Origin: an uncultured Natronomonas sp.
GTDB lineage: Archaea > Halobacteriota > Halobacteria > Halobacteriales > Haloarculaceae
Assembly: GCA_964609565.1 (NCBI GenBank)
Contig: CAZSSY010000003.1
Location: forward strand, 11,519 to 75,518
DNA length: 64,000 nt
Reading direction: 5' to 3'
A model generated the notes under the pieces. It ran no database searches. It was not told where the DNA came from and worked only from the letters and a program-made list of their open reading frames with translations. Positions 49,375 through 60,292 of this stretch are shown one piece after another (position 1 is the stretch's first letter; the number at the start of each line of letters is the position of its first letter). A program made the position numbers and the translations under genes.

Positions 49375-51111
49375 TCAGAGGTCTGTGAGGTCCGCTCCCT
49401 CAACCAACCGCCGAAGAACTGTCGGGAGGTTTTCAATGGCAACTCGTTCTTGGATGGTTGAGTTACGCTCTCGGACGGTTACCGTGTCCTCGTCGAGTGT
49501 TTCATAGTCGACAGTGACACAGTACGGGGTCCCCACTTCGTCCTGCCGTCGATACCGCCGCCCGATATTCCCAGTGTCATCGAACGCCACCTCAAATCCC
49601 TCCTGTCTGAGGGTTTGAGCGATACCGCGTGCACGGGTTGGAAGGTCATCCTTCGTCATGAGCGGGAAGACGGCAACAGTCGTTGGCGCCACTTGCGCCG
49701 GAAGATCCAGATATGTACGCGTCTCTCCGTCAACTTGGTCGGTACTATGCCGGTGGATGAGCACGCTATACACGAGTCGATCGATGCCGAACGACGGCTC
49801 GACAATATGCGGCGTGATGTGTTCACCCGATTCAGTCTGTTCCTCAACGCGAAACCCCGTGTGTTCGACAGGAATCGTATACTCATCGCCCGATACCTCA
49901 ACCGTTACATCTGACCCCTCGAACGCAGACTGATTGTGGTCGACGAGGGCCTCCAACGCGGTAGCAATCTCTGCCGCATCATCCCCAAACTCCGGCCCGA
50001 GGTAGCTCATATCGGGCTGGACGATAGGTCGTTCGACTGTCTGGGGTTCATCGTACTGACGGAATACCGTGTAATCCTCGCCGGAATATTCCCCGTGTTT
50101 TTGGAGATCGTAATCGGCGCGATACGCAAACCCGGTTACTTCGACCCAGTTCCTGCCGACCTCTGTTTCCGCATCCCAACAATCTGCCGCATAATGCGCA
50201 CGCTCACCGGCGAGGTGCTGCCGATACCGGAAGCGATCCATATCGATCCCGATCCGTTCATAGAACTCAAGTGATCGACCCAAATAATACGCGACCCAGG
50301 CACTCCCAATAATGTCGTTCTCGAGGGCGTCTTGGACGGTATATGATTCAGTCCCGGCATCAGGCGACTGTTGGGCATCAGCCGCATACAAGGGGAGTTC
50401 TCGGTCAACCACCCGGTTAAGAGGCGGCGTGTCGTGGTCAGGGTCAATAAAATGCTCAAGTTCAGCCTGGATGAATTCTCTGACACGAACCAATGCGCGT
50501 CGCGGTGAGATTTCATTCCGATAGGCCCGCCCGATTTGGGCGACACCGAACGGGAGTTGATTCCGTGCGTACTCTTTCAAGCGGGGGAATTCCACGAAAA
50601 TCCCTTGGGCAGTCTCAGGCCGGAGGTAGCCAGGCGACGATGACCCTGGCCCGATATTCGTTTCGAACATCAGATTGAATTCTTCGACCGATTCACCAGC
50701 CAGTGATGTCTCACATGCCGGACAGAGGACGTGGTTGGTCGCAATCAACTCCCCCACTTTCGTGGGGTCATACACTTCAGCGTCATCAATCTCGTCGACA
50801 GCGTCCTCTATCAGATGGTCAGCCCGATGCGTTGCCCCGCAGGCTGGACACTCGACTATCATATCATCAAACCCGTCGAGATGTCCAGAGGCTTCGAAGA
50901 CCGCCTCCGGCATGATGGTTGGGGCTGACACCTCCATGTGGCCTTCTTCCCGGACATAGATATCGCGCCACACGTCTTCGACACGTTGTTTCAGCGCCGC
51001 ACCCTCGGGGCCATACGTGTAGAATCCGGCCGTCCCTCCATATGCATCGTTTGAGGGGAAAAAGAAGCCACGTCGCTTGGCTAGTTCAGCTATTGTCTCC
51101 AGTTCATTCAT
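49375..51111 (-). CDS. glyS: Glycine--tRNA ligase (alpha2 type)
   Basis: AKRRGFFF, YLRPETAQGIF, RNEISPR..RVREF, HIVEPSFGIDR, IGRRYRRQDEVGTP. Confidence 0.97.
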   Translation of the reverse strand: MNELETIAELAKRRGFFFPSNDAYGGTAGFYTYGPEGAALKQRVEDVWRDIYVREEGHMEVSAPTIMPEAVFEASGHLDGFDDMIVECPACGATHRADHLIEDAVDEIDDAEVYDPTKVGELIATNHVLCPACETSLAGESVEEFNLMFETNIGPGSSSPGYLRPETAQGIFVEFPRLKEYARNQLPFGVAQIGRAYRNEISPRRALVRVREFIQAELEHFIDPDHDTPPLNRVVDRELPLYAADAQQSPDAGTESYTVQDALENDIIGSAWVAYYLGRSLEFYERIGIDMDRFRYRQHLAGERAHYAADCWDAETEVGRNWVEVTGFAYRADYDLQKHGEYSGEDYTVFRQYDEPQTVERPIVQPDMSYLGPEFGDDAAEIATALEALVDHNQSAFEGSDVTVEVSGDEYTIPVEHTGFRVEEQTESGEHITPHIVEPSFGIDRLVYSVLIHRHSTDQVDGETRTYLDLPAQVAPTTVAVFPLMTKDDLPTRARGIAQTLRQEGFEVAFDDTGNIGRRYRRQDEVGTPYCVTVDYETLDEDTVTVRERNSTIQERVAIENLPTVLRRLVEGADLTDL

Positions 51112-51959
51112 ACAAGCGCCTCCAGCAAGTCAATGTCGCGGACGATCCCGGCCAGGTCCCCGCCCGACACGAGGGGAACCTGTTCGATATCGTGTGCGAG
51201 CATCTGCTGGGCGGCGTCACGAACCATTCGTTGTCGCGTCACAGTCACCAAGTCTTCCGTCATGAAGTCAGCCACTGGTTCATCAGGAATTTCGACGTTC
51301 AGAGTCGGGATTGACCGGCTCCCAACGGCTTTAATGCCTTCCCATTTCCAGTCGTCATCCTCATTCGCCAAGGCATCCCCAGGGTCTGCTTCACCCTGAA
51401 CAACCCGAGCGACATCGATAATGTCAACTTCCGTCAACATCCCGGTATGCTGCCCATCCTCATCCAACACCACAGCGTATGGAACCCTCGCATGATTGAG
51501 TTCCCGTTCAGCAACCGGGAGCGGTGTCCCTTGATACACGGTATTCACTTCAGCCGTCGCCACCGCTCCAATCTCGACATCCCCATCGGTTTCACCTTCT
51601 GCAATCGCTCGCACCATATCCGTGACTGTGATGATCCCGATTAGTTCACCATCATCGACCACCGGAACCCGTCGTTCACCGGATTCAACCACCAGTGCAG
51701 CCACCTCCTCAAGCGGCGTTGACGATTCCGTCGTCGGCACCTCCCGGAGCAACAACGCCAACTGATCTTCATCGGGCTGTTCAATCAACGATTCCCGCGT
51801 AATGAGGCCACGAAACTCCTCGTTACCATCCGATCGCTTCACTACCGGGACCGACGAAAATCCCCGATCTTGGAGATACTCAAGACACTCATCTCTGGTA
51901 CCTGGCAATTCGACAGTCACCACCTCCGACCTCCTCGTCATCACGTCTACAACGTTCAT
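51108..51959 (-). CDS. CBS-domain protein
   Basis: Four CBS repeats (SSVPVV, RRVPVV..GIITVTD, GMLTEVD, QVPLV..GIVRDID); overlaps the glyS start. Confidence 0.93.
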   Translation of the reverse strand: MNVVDVMTRRSEVVTVELPGTRDECLEYLQDRGFSSVPVVKRSDGNEEFRGLITRESLIEQPDEDQLALLLREVPTTESSTPLEEVAALVVESGERRVPVVDDGELIGIITVTDMVRAIAEGETDGDVEIGAVATAEVNTVYQGTPLPVAERELNHARVPYAVVLDEDGQHTGMLTEVDIIDVARVVQGEADPGDALANEDDDWKWEGIKAVGSRSIPTLNVEIPDEPVADFMTEDLVTVTRQRMVRDAAQQMLAHDIEQVPLVSGGDLAGIVRDIDLLEALV

Positions 51960-52271
51960 ACCAACGACCTACCTCCGCCTCCGTACTAAGGGCTTCGACA
52001 CCAACTCTCCGCAACGCTGCCACCCCAGCCAAAGCCACCCTTCGTCACGACACCCCTCAAGGAACGACCGCAATCTGCGTACACACGGCATCCTCCGGAT
52101 ATCCATCGAAACCCGTCTTCCCCCCACCAGCCCCGATGACGATATTCCAAGGATCCAAATATGTGGGTGTCTCTTGTCAACCGATCCATTCCCCCACACG
52201 TGATGTGGTCTCTCATCTCTCCGCAACCCAATACAACATCAGTACAAAATCAGCTCCCTCCGCTGGCGATA

Positions 52272-52664
52272 CTAGTCGTTCGTGCCTGATTGTCCGCTCT
52301 GGTTGACGCTGCTCTTTGAAAGGAATTGACCGAGGAGCCCCCGTCGATCAGCAAATTCCCAATACAGCCGGTCTCGGAATTCTTCATAATCTTCGAATCC
52401 GCGGAGAAAAGCAATGAGTTCCGCCGAGCCGGGCGGCACATCGGCCCGTGCAAGGCCTTGTTCAATGGCTGCACCACAGGAATAGACCGCGTCGTCTGTC
52501 ACGAGATGCGAACAGTCTTCGTACTCTTCTGGGAGTCTCGATCTGTGTTCATCGGTGAGTTCATCAAACCCGACGAGTTCCAGATTCGTCCGTTGGCCAA
52601 AGTAATCAGCTAACCAGGTACAGAACCCACAATCTTGGTCATAGACGAGTATTTCCGTTGCCAT
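52272..52664 (-). CDS. DCC1-like thiol-disulfide oxidoreductase (DUF393)
   Basis: LVYDQDCGFC (DxxCxxC), HLVT...YS.G.A, Y..FADRR. Confidence 0.85.
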   Translation of the reverse strand: MATEILVYDQDCGFCTWLADYFGQRTNLELVGFDELTDEHRSRLPEEYEDCSHLVTDDAVYSCGAAIEQGLARADVPPGSAELIAFLRGFEDYEEFRDRLYWEFADRRGLLGQFLSKSSVNQSGQSGTND

Positions 52665-52709
52665 ATCAGTTGTGTGGATAGGCTATTGCTTAGAATTCCC
52701 GCATCTCTC

Positions 52710-53177
52710 TTATGTGAACCGACCGGTTTCTGTGCCGCACGTTTGACAGATTGTTACGAGGGCGCTTCGGTCGTCTGTTGCCGTAATCTCGTGGTTGGTT
52801 TGTTCGCCACAGGTTTCACACGACCGGAGGAGTGTCAATTCGCCGGCATCCTGAGGCGCGCCGATCGCTAGGGCTCGAACAGGCGTTTCTCCTCGATTAT
52901 GGCCTTGTTGGAATTCGCCTGGCTTGAAATAGATCGCGTCCCCGGCGTCGACTTCAATATCTCCTGTCTCAGTTTCGAAGGTTGCCTCGCCGTCCAGAAT
53001 ATAGAAGAGTTCTTCCTGGTTTTCGTGGGCATGATAGCCAAACGCGAAACTATCGCCCGGCTCAAGTTCATAGTAGTTTACGGCCATATGTTCGGCACCG
53101 AGTGCCTTCCCCAGCGGCCGTTTTATGCTCGCCGGACCCATCCACCTATCCAGTTCATCGACAGCGACCTTTTCCAT
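52710..53177 (-). CDS. Cupin-domain protein with C-terminal zinc ribbon
   Basis: YHAHENQEELFYILDG cupin motif; CETC ... CQTC. Confidence 0.88.
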   Translation of the reverse strand: MEKVAVDELDRWMGPASIKRPLGKALGAEHMAVNYYELEPGDSFAFGYHAHENQEELFYILDGEATFETETGDIEVDAGDAIYFKPGEFQQGHNRGETPVRALAIGAPQDAGELTLLRSCETCGEQTNHEITATDDRSALVTICQTCGTETGRFT

Positions 53178-53461
53178 ACGGTACCATCGGAAACCACCAA
53201 CCAAAAATAACCCGGATATCCCACCTCCGAGCGAAATTCATCGTGGTTATCCACTCTCGCCCGGGAGGACCTTTCTCCGTTTCGCCTCACTTTACCCGAG
53301 CGTGGTCGTTTGGGGTATTGACTTTGGTTGCCACACCGATATCGGGGGAATACTCCCTCTTCACAGCCTCTACTCTAGAGGCGGCGGTCGATCAATTACT
53401 GTTTCAGGGAGGTGATGGAAACGGTTCTCGGGGTCGCGGGGAGGGAGTGGCGGGCGGATCG

Positions 53462-55150
53462 TTACATCATGCCGCCCATGCCGCCGCCCATGCCGCCGCC
53501 CATGCCGCCCATGCCGCCGCCGGGGCCACCGGGCATCTCTTCGTCTTCTTCACCTTCGGTGCTGAGGTCACCGGCGGCGATAATGTCGTCAATCTTGAGG
53601 ACCAGGTTGGCCGCTTCGGTCGCGGACGCCATCGCCTGCCGTTTCGCGTGGGCGGATTCGACGACACCCGCTTCAAAGGTATCGACGACATCACCAGTGA
53701 ATACATTGAGCCCGGCCGTTTCTCGGCCATCGTCGTGGGCTGCGCGGAGATCCACCAGCGTATCGATTGAGTCAAGGCCGGCATTTTCGGCCAGGACGCG
53801 CGGGACGAGTTCGAGCGCATCGGCGAATGCTTCTACCGCCAGTTGTTCGCGGCCGGAGACACTGTCGGCGTAATCCCGGACTCGACGTGCGACTTCGACT
53901 TCGACTGCCCCACCGCCGGCAAGGACGCGGCCATCGGAGACGGTTTGAGCGACCACATCGAGGGCGTCATCGATCCCGCGTTCCAATTCATCGACAACGT
54001 GTTCGGTTGACCCTCGGAGGAGCAACGTGACGCCGTGGGTTTCTTCACCGGTGCCTTCCACGTAGAACAATTCATCATCCTCATCAAATTCAACGTCACC
54101 CTCGCCAAGATCGCCTGTGTCGAGCGTGGCGAGATCGGAGACAATCACGCCACCGGTGACTTCTTTGAGGAATCCGAGGTCAGATTTCTTGACACGTGAT
54201 GCAGCGAGGATGCCTTCTTTCGCGAGGAAATGCTCCGCGAGGTCGTCAATCCCGCGTTGACAGAAGACAACGTCGGCGCCCGCGTCTTTAATTGCGTTGA
54301 CCTTCTCGCGGAGTTGTTCTTCTTCTTTATCGAGGAACTGTTGCAGTTGGTCTGGGCTTTCCAGTTGGAGGCTGGCGTCTGCATCGGTATCCTCGACCTC
54401 GATGGCTTCGTCAATAAGGAGAACCTTGGCGCCGGCGACCTCTGTTTGCATGTCGGCGTGGGCGGGGTCTTTATCGATGACTGCGCCGTTGAGAAGTGTG
54501 GAGTCGGATACTGACCGCCCGGTTTGTGTTTCGCTGTTAACGAATTCAAGGTCGACGACAGTTTCACCATCGTCGGCTTCAACGGTGACGGCTTGGACGG
54601 CTTCGACGACGAGTTGGGCGAGAACTTCTTTGTTCAATTCCGCTCCCTTCCCTGTCATCGATGTCTCCGCTACATTTTGGAGGAGTTCTGTGTCTTTGGG
54701 ATCGATGTCGTGGGCAACTTCATCGATTTCGGTACGAGCGTGTTGACTCGCCAAATCGAATCCACGAATGATCGCTGTGGGGTGGATATCCTGCTCAAGG
54801 AGATCTTCGGCATTCTTCAATAGTTCTCCCGCGATTGAAACAGCGGTTGTTGTCCCGTCGCCGGCTTCGTCTTCCTGGGTTTCAGCAACCTCGACAATCA
54901 TTGAGGCTGTCGGGTTGTCGATATCCATTTCCTGGAGGATCGTCACCCCGTCGTTTGTAACAGTGATATCACCCATCGATGAGACGAGCATTTTGTCCAT
55001 TCCCTTGGGTCCAAGCGTCGACCGAACGGATTCCGCAACCGCTTGCGCCGCAGAGATATTGTGCGATTGGGCGTCACGGTCCTTCATCCGTTGGGAGTCC
55101 TCACCGAGGATTATCATCGGCTGGCCTCCCATCCGTTGCTGTTGGCTCAT
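53462..55150 (-). CDS. thsB: Thermosome (group II chaperonin), probably beta subunit
   Basis: [30 protein letters not shown]-rich tail. Confidence 0.95.
   Translation of the reverse strand: MSQQQRMGGQPMIILGEDSQRMKDRDAQSHNISAAQAVAESVRSTLGPKGMDKMLVSSMGDITVTNDGVTILQEMDIDNPTASMIVEVAETQEDEAGDGTTTAVSIAGELLKNAEDLLEQDIHPTAIIRGFDLASQHARTEIDEVAHDIDPKDTELLQNVAETSMTGKGAELNKEVLAQLVVEAVQAVTVEADDGETVVDLEFVNSETQTGRSVSDSTLLNGAVIDKDPAHADMQTEVAGAKVLLIDEAIEVEDTDADASLQLESPDQLQQFLDKEEEQLREKVNAIKDAGADVVFCQRGIDDLAEHFLAKEGILAASRVKKSDLGFLKEVTGGVIVSDLATLDTGDLGEGDVEFDEDDELFYVEGTGEETHGVTLLLRGSTEHVVDELERGIDDALDVVAQTVSDGRVLAGGGAVEVEVARRVRDYADSVSGREQLAVEAFADALELVPRVLAENAGLDSIDTLVDLRAAHDDGRETAGLNVFTGDVVDTFEAGVVESAHAKRQAMASATEAANLVLKIDDIIAAGDLSTEGEEDEEMPGGPGGGMGGMGGGMGGGMGGMM
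53468..53520 (-). repeat. Coding tandem repeat for the chaperonin Gly-Met tail
   Basis: Repeated CATGCCGCC(GCC) units encoding GGM/GGGM. Confidence 0.85.
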
Positions 55151-55159
55151 GGTCGTCCG

Positions 55160-55200
55160 GATGATTGTCTACGGTTCTATATAAATATACCTGTTCTCAA
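55160..55200 (-). promoter_or_regulatory. Thermosome promoter (TATA box, probable heat-shock-type context)
   Basis: - strand GAACAGGTATATTTATATAGAACCGTAGACAATCA, ~30 bp upstream of the ATG. Confidence 0.6.
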
Positions 55201-55520
55201 CAATCCTGTCAAACACGAACATCGATACCAATCACGCCCAAACCGAAAGATAACGCCCAACTTGTCACGGACACTCACCGTAACCACCAGCAACAAGACC
55301 TGACCTCAACCCGCCCAATCACCGGGGGTTTATTACCCCAACAACCCAGGCCACCACATCTACCACCACCCCGGTTCGACGAACAACAGCCCCTCAACCG
55401 ACAACTCCCGACGGACACCAACGACAGAACTTCGCAAAACCACGCCCTACAATCGCTACAGCACAGCAAGATATCATTCCTGTTGGCGGATTCTACTGAC
55501 ACTTCTACTTTGAGGAAAAA

Positions 55521-55602
55521 CGCCAGGACAGGGATTTGAACCCTGAATCCCGTAAGGGAACACGCTTTCCAGGCGTGCGCCTTACCGTTCGGCCATCCTG
55601 GC
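55521..55602 (-). tRNA. tRNA-Ser (anticodon GGA)
   Basis: GCCAGGA/TCCTGGC acceptor stem, CACGC-CT-GGA-AA-GCGTG anticodon arm, long variable arm, GGTTCAAATCC. Confidence 0.97.
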
Positions 55603-55936
55603 TCACTCCATCCTACCGGAGTCGCCTGTTTAAACTCTTCGCGTCGCCTACCGTCCATTCCCGGCCCCTCCCGCGAATCTCCGGCCCCTCCACCAGCATC
55701 CATTACACCGTCCACGCGTAACCTGGAGCAACCGCATAAAGTCAGCGCTCACAGGACTCTGGCCACCCCAAACCTCCCTTATCGAACGGACAGAACCTAC
55801 TCACCTCGTTCTGTATACCTCCAGGTACTGCATGGAAGCAATCGCGTCAGCGATACAGTTTCCTAGCCAGTCTACCGATGCGCTGCCCTTCACGAATCAG
55901 ATGGCTGCAACCCCTGGCGAGAGATGCAGACTGTGG

Positions 55937-56317
55937 TTATCGTGCGGCGATTGCTTCGATCTCGATGGCCATATCCAAGGGGAGGTCAGCCGCTTGGACC
56001 GCCGACCTCGCCGGTGGATCCTCATCAAAGAACTCAGCATACACCGCATTCATCGCCTCAAAGTCATCGATGTCTCTGAGAAACACCGTCGTCTTCACGA
56101 CATCACGCAAACGGACACCCGCTTCATCTAAAACCGCTGTGAGGTTCTCTAATGCTTGCTCCGTCTGTACAGTAATGGATTCATCAGCCAATGAATCGCC
56201 CTCTGGAGTCAACGCGATCTGACCGGCAGTAAACACGAAATCGTTTGTCTGTGTGGCTTGACTGTAGGCACCGGCAGCCGGGGGCGCCTCATCCGTTGCA
56301 ATCGTTTCCTTGGGCAT
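55937..56317 (-). CDS. ridA: RidA/YjgF enamine deaminase
   Basis: GAYSQA, AGQI, VVKTTVFL.D..DF.AMN.VY..FF...PPARS, IEIEAIA. Confidence 0.95.
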   Translation of the reverse strand: MPKETIATDEAPPAAGAYSQATQTNDFVFTAGQIALTPEGDSLADESITVQTEQALENLTAVLDEAGVRLRDVVKTTVFLRDIDDFEAMNAVYAEFFDEDPPARSAVQAADLPLDMAIEIEAIAAR

Positions 56318-56487
56318 ACAGGTCGTCTATTGGCACCACCCATAAAGACGGGCGACTATCCGCTGGAGTACAACGCCATTCGCGGGCATCCTACTGAGCA
56401 ACTGCCCTCGCATACTGCTCCCGTGTGGATCCAGATGACTACCCGACGGTACAACCCCAGGGTCGTGGACCGGTGTCACCATGCGGG

Positions 56488-58854
56488 TTACTCGACCGAC
56501 ACCGTCGTCGTATCAGTGACGGGATGGATGGGGAGAGTCGGGAAGGACACCTCAATCGTGTATGTTAGTTCGTCCACATCGGCGCCGAAGATCCCGACTG
56601 GAACTGTCGTCTCTCCCAAATACCGGGTTTTATGGGTCATTTCGACCCCATTGACCGTGAGGTGGATTCCAGCAGTCACACCGTCATTCCCGTTTCGAAT
56701 CGTGACTTCACCCATCCGATTTTCCCCTGTCTGGATACAGTCATGGAGTCCATTCCACTCGAAAGTGACCGCAGGGATGCCATCGGCTTGATCGAGTATG
56801 TGCTCGGCAACCTTTCTGGTGACGCCGGCATCCATGAGGTCTGAGCATTCGAGTGAGTGTACGTCGCTCGGCGAACAAATCCCGTCGTTGGCGAGTTGCT
56901 GTGCTCTCCCCCTCCCAATACACTCGATAGCGGTGAGATCAACGAATTCATCGTCGACGCCATACTCAAGGCGTGCTTCAATCCGTCGGACCAGATTTGC
57001 GTGACGAGGGCGGGCAAACTCCTCACAAAACACCCTGAGTGCGGCGAGCAACCGCAGTGCATTCTGTCGGATTATCCAAGCATCACTTTTGAGTTCCTCT
57101 GGCATCGCCCCTGTCATCTCTGCCTGGAGGATCGCAAGCACCTTCGTAGCCCCCGGGTCAAACGCTGTGGCGTCTGTTGTCAGAACAGCACTACAGGCGT
57201 CTTGTTCAGCGCGTCGAGCAGAGACGCTGTCAAACTCAGCCGCAGTGGCAATCACTGCCAGTACATCCTCGTCTGCGATCGGTTGCCCATCGCGGGCGGC
57301 AGTACAGAAGTCACGAAATTGTTTCGCGGTCGGTAATCGAAGGTAGAACGAGGAGGTGAGCTGACCGAGTTGTGTCGACTGGATGGTGCCGCTCGATTTG
57401 GTGACAAACCCATCGTCGATAAGCCGCTCAAGCGCAGCAGTCATCGCTGATCGAACCGACTCACCACTTTCTCCTCCGGGGTCTCCGGTCGTCGCTTCAG
57501 CCCGCGTATAGTAAAATGTCGTTTTCAACCAGGTCATGACATCGTCAATACTGGTGATACTCCCCAACGCAATCTCGGCGTTCAGATGCGCGTCGAGATG
57601 AGCCCCGAGGCGTGAATCAATGGGTTTGCCATCCTCCAGTAGTCCTCGATACCGACTCGCATCCGAGCCATCACAGACCACGTAGGCATACCCGGTGTCG
57701 TCATAGCCAGGGCGGCCCGCCCGCCCCAGCATTTGGAGGATATCCAATGGGCTCATCTCCACGTCTCCTTCAAGCGGGTCGTGTCGTTTCGTGTCGCGAA
57801 TGACGACACATCGTGCCGGGAGGTTTACGCCCCATGCCAGGGTTGACGTCGAAAATAAGAGCTTGATTGTCCCTGCTTTGAACCAGGCTTCAACTTGGTC
57901 TTTGTCTGCCTTTGAAAGCCCGGCGTGATGAAACCCGATCCCCGACAATACAGCATCCTGGAGTGTGGAGTTGTCCAGTTCTTGCGCCGCTGTATGGACC
58001 GCGTAGTCTCCGCGAGTATCCAACTCGAGATCTCGTTCAGCCACCTCTGTTTGGGCCGCGGTTGCCGCACGTACCGTATCCTGGCGTGTGGCGACGAAGA
58101 TGAGGGCCTGTCCGTCGTCACCGAGGTGGGGGTGAGCAAGGTCTAACGCCCGATAGAGCCGTCGATATTTATCCGCGAACGCATTCTCTCCATGGCTATA
58201 CGTCTCCACCGACGCCATGAGGGGCACAGGGCGATACTCAGCATCGAACTGAAAGGTACACTGGGGTGGTGCGTCCAACCACGCGGCGATATCTCCAGCG
58301 TTCGGCATGGTTGCCGACAACGCAATAACTCGCGGGTCACAGAGCCGTCGAAGCCGCGAGACAGTCACTTCAAGGACTGCGCCACGCTGATCTGAGTCAA
58401 GGAGATGGACCTCATCAATCACACAACAGTCGATATCAGTGATGAACGAATACCGGAGCGACTCATGTTTCCGCGTCGCTGAATCAACTTTCTCGGGTGT
58501 CATCACCAAGATATCAGCGTGTTCCGCGCGCCGCGGATTGAGATCACGTTCACCGGTGACCACATAGACGGAATACCCCAACTCTACGAACCGTTCCCAC
58601 TCGGCCTCTTTCTCGTTTGTGAGGGCGCGCAATGGCGCGATGAACAGCGCAGTTCCACCCGCATTGAGCGTACGACAGATACTCAACTCGGCGAGGACTG
58701 TTTTCCCACTGGCTGTTGGAGCGCTGACCACCACGTTCTTGTTCGTTTCAAGGATCGCCGGCGCCGCAGCACGCTGCATCTCAGTAAACGATTCAAAGGG
58801 GAAGACATCGGCAAATTCAGGGAGCGTCTCTTCGACGCCTCGGGGAATAGCCAC
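56488..58854 (-). CDS. Second Ski2-like SF2 helicase (Hel308b-like) with Sec63-like C-terminus
   Basis: FTEMQ, APTASGKT, DEVH, LSATMPN, STSTLAWGVNLPA, QMLGRAGRPG, Ig-like C-terminus; start uncertain (GTG 58854). Confidence 0.9.
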   Translation of the reverse strand: MAIPRGVEETLPEFADVFPFESFTEMQRAAAPAILETNKNVVVSAPTASGKTVLAELSICRTLNAGGTALFIAPLRALTNEKEAEWERFVELGYSVYVVTGERDLNPRRAEHADILVMTPEKVDSATRKHESLRYSFITDIDCCVIDEVHLLDSDQRGAVLEVTVSRLRRLCDPRVIALSATMPNAGDIAAWLDAPPQCTFQFDAEYRPVPLMASVETYSHGENAFADKYRRLYRALDLAHPHLGDDGQALIFVATRQDTVRAATAAQTEVAERDLELDTRGDYAVHTAAQELDNSTLQDAVLSGIGFHHAGLSKADKDQVEAWFKAGTIKLLFSTSTLAWGVNLPARCVVIRDTKRHDPLEGDVEMSPLDILQMLGRAGRPGYDDTGYAYVVCDGSDASRYRGLLEDGKPIDSRLGAHLDAHLNAEIALGSITSIDDVMTWLKTTFYYTRAEATTGDPGGESGESVRSAMTAALERLIDDGFVTKSSGTIQSTQLGQLTSSFYLRLPTAKQFRDFCTAARDGQPIADEDVLAVIATAAEFDSVSARRAEQDACSAVLTTDATAFDPGATKVLAILQAEMTGAMPEELKSDAWIIRQNALRLLAALRVFCEEFARPRHANLVRRIEARLEYGVDDEFVDLTAIECIGRGRAQQLANDGICSPSDVHSLECSDLMDAGVTRKVAEHILDQADGIPAVTFEWNGLHDCIQTGENRMGEVTIRNGNDGVTAGIHLTVNGVEMTHKTRYLGETTVPVGIFGADVDELTYTIEVSFPTLPIHPVTDTTTVSVE

Positions 58855-59103
58855 GTGATACCCCCAGGCCCCATCCACCAAAAACGCGTCTCTTTCAGAG
58901 CGCACCTCGATGAGGTATCCCCCCGCGGCCATCCGTCTGTCCCTCGTAGTGTAACGGCTGAACAGCGGGACTCGACTCGTCGCCTTCATTCCGGTGGTCG
59001 AACAGGGTGAAACCAGTCGCTCCCCATGAACTCACTCGACACCGCGGGGGTATCGGGGGCGTGAGACACGCATGTTTTTGCCCTGGCCAGCATAGACGGC
59101 CGT

Positions 59104-60045
59104 ATGAGTAGTCGCCGCCGGAAGCCTGCCTGGCTCACGATGCGGCCGCCGAGCGGCGAGCGATTCACAGAGATCAAAGATGCCTTGCGGAGCCGGAATC
59201 TCAATACGGTGTGTGAAGAGGCTAACTGCCCGAATCTCGGTGACTGTTGGGCCGGCCGGAACGGCCCCGGGACAGCAACCTTCATGCTATTGGGTGATCG
59301 CTGCTCGCGGGGCTGCAACTTCTGTGATGTCGAAACGGGTGGCATGCAGCCGCTCGATCCAGATGAACCTGCCAACGTGGCCGACGCAGTTGTCGACATC
59401 GGCCTTGACTATGTTGTCCTGACCTCTGTGGATCGAGATGACCTCGCCGATGGCGGCGCCGGGCATTTTGCGGAGACAATCCGGGAAATCAAACGCCGCG
59501 ATTCGACGATTCTTGTTGAAACACTCATCCCAGACTTCCAAGGTGACACCGATGCGATCCGCCAGATCATCGACGCGGAGCCTGATGTCATCGCTCATAA
59601 CGTCGAAACGGTCGAACGCTTGCAATGGCCGGTCCGTGATCGCCGCGCTGGCTACTACCAGTCACTAGGAGTCCTCAAACAGGTCGTAGATGAGTCAGAT
59701 ATCTACACGAAAACCAGCCTGATGTTGGGGCTCGGTGAGTATGACCATGAACTCTATCAGACCCTAGGTGACCTCCGTGAAATCCCGGTTGATATCGTGA
59801 CATTTGGCCAGTATCTCCAGCCCTCACCATCACATCTTGAGGTATTTGAATACGTCCATCCGGACAAGTTTGATGTCTGGAAGACAATCGCCCAGGATAA
59901 ATTTGGATTCCTCTATAGCGCCTCCGGACCCCTCGTCCGGTCATCATATAAGGCGGGTGAATTCTTCATTGAAGCATTACTCCGCGACGGAACGAGTATC
60001 GAAGAAGCCCGAGCGACGGCGGCCACCCATGAAGCCGCAGATTAA
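59104..60045 (+). CDS. lipA: Lipoyl synthase
   Basis: CEEANCPNLGDC, CSRGCNFC radical-SAM motif, VRSSY. Confidence 0.97.
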   Translation: MSSRRRKPAWLTMRPPSGERFTEIKDALRSRNLNTVCEEANCPNLGDCWAGRNGPGTATFMLLGDRCSRGCNFCDVETGGMQPLDPDEPANVADAVVDIGLDYVVLTSVDRDDLADGGAGHFAETIREIKRRDSTILVETLIPDFQGDTDAIRQIIDAEPDVIAHNVETVERLQWPVRDRRAGYYQSLGVLKQVVDESDIYTKTSLMLGLGEYDHELYQTLGDLREIPVDIVTFGQYLQPSPSHLEVFEYVHPDKFDVWKTIAQDKFGFLYSASGPLVRSSYKAGEFFIEALLRDGTSIEEARATAATHEAAD

Positions 60046-60292
60046 TCCTCCTCGCGATATAGCAATTCCTCTGGCTGACACGTGGCTGTATCTCTACACC
60101 GGTCTCACCAGACTTGTCGCGTTCACGTAAGCGGTCACCACAGACGCCGCCCCCCCGATTTTGACTGTTCTGAATAACGGTATGGCTGATAGAGAGTGTT
60201 TCTCCAGCGAAGACGACCACTGGATGAGGCAAAATTCACGTAAATACTATGCCGACAGCCCCGGACTAGTACGCCATGTGCTGGAGGAGGTT

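Noticed and set aside
53468-53520. Tandem repeat considered as a CRISPR array or VNTR
   Set aside because: It encodes the normal Gly-Met tail of the chaperonin. No repeat-spacer array was seen anywhere in the window.
52982-53873. Long antisense ORFs (262 aa and 153 aa) and many similar shadow ORFs in the track
   Set aside because: They lie opposite well-supported genes and are expected from haloarchaeal codon bias.
55200-55520. Strongly A/C-skewed spacer between thsB and tRNA-Ser, with short ORFs on both strands
   Set aside because: No repeat unit, structure or haloarchaeal-like protein; similar skewed spacers occur elsewhere (for example 51960-52270).
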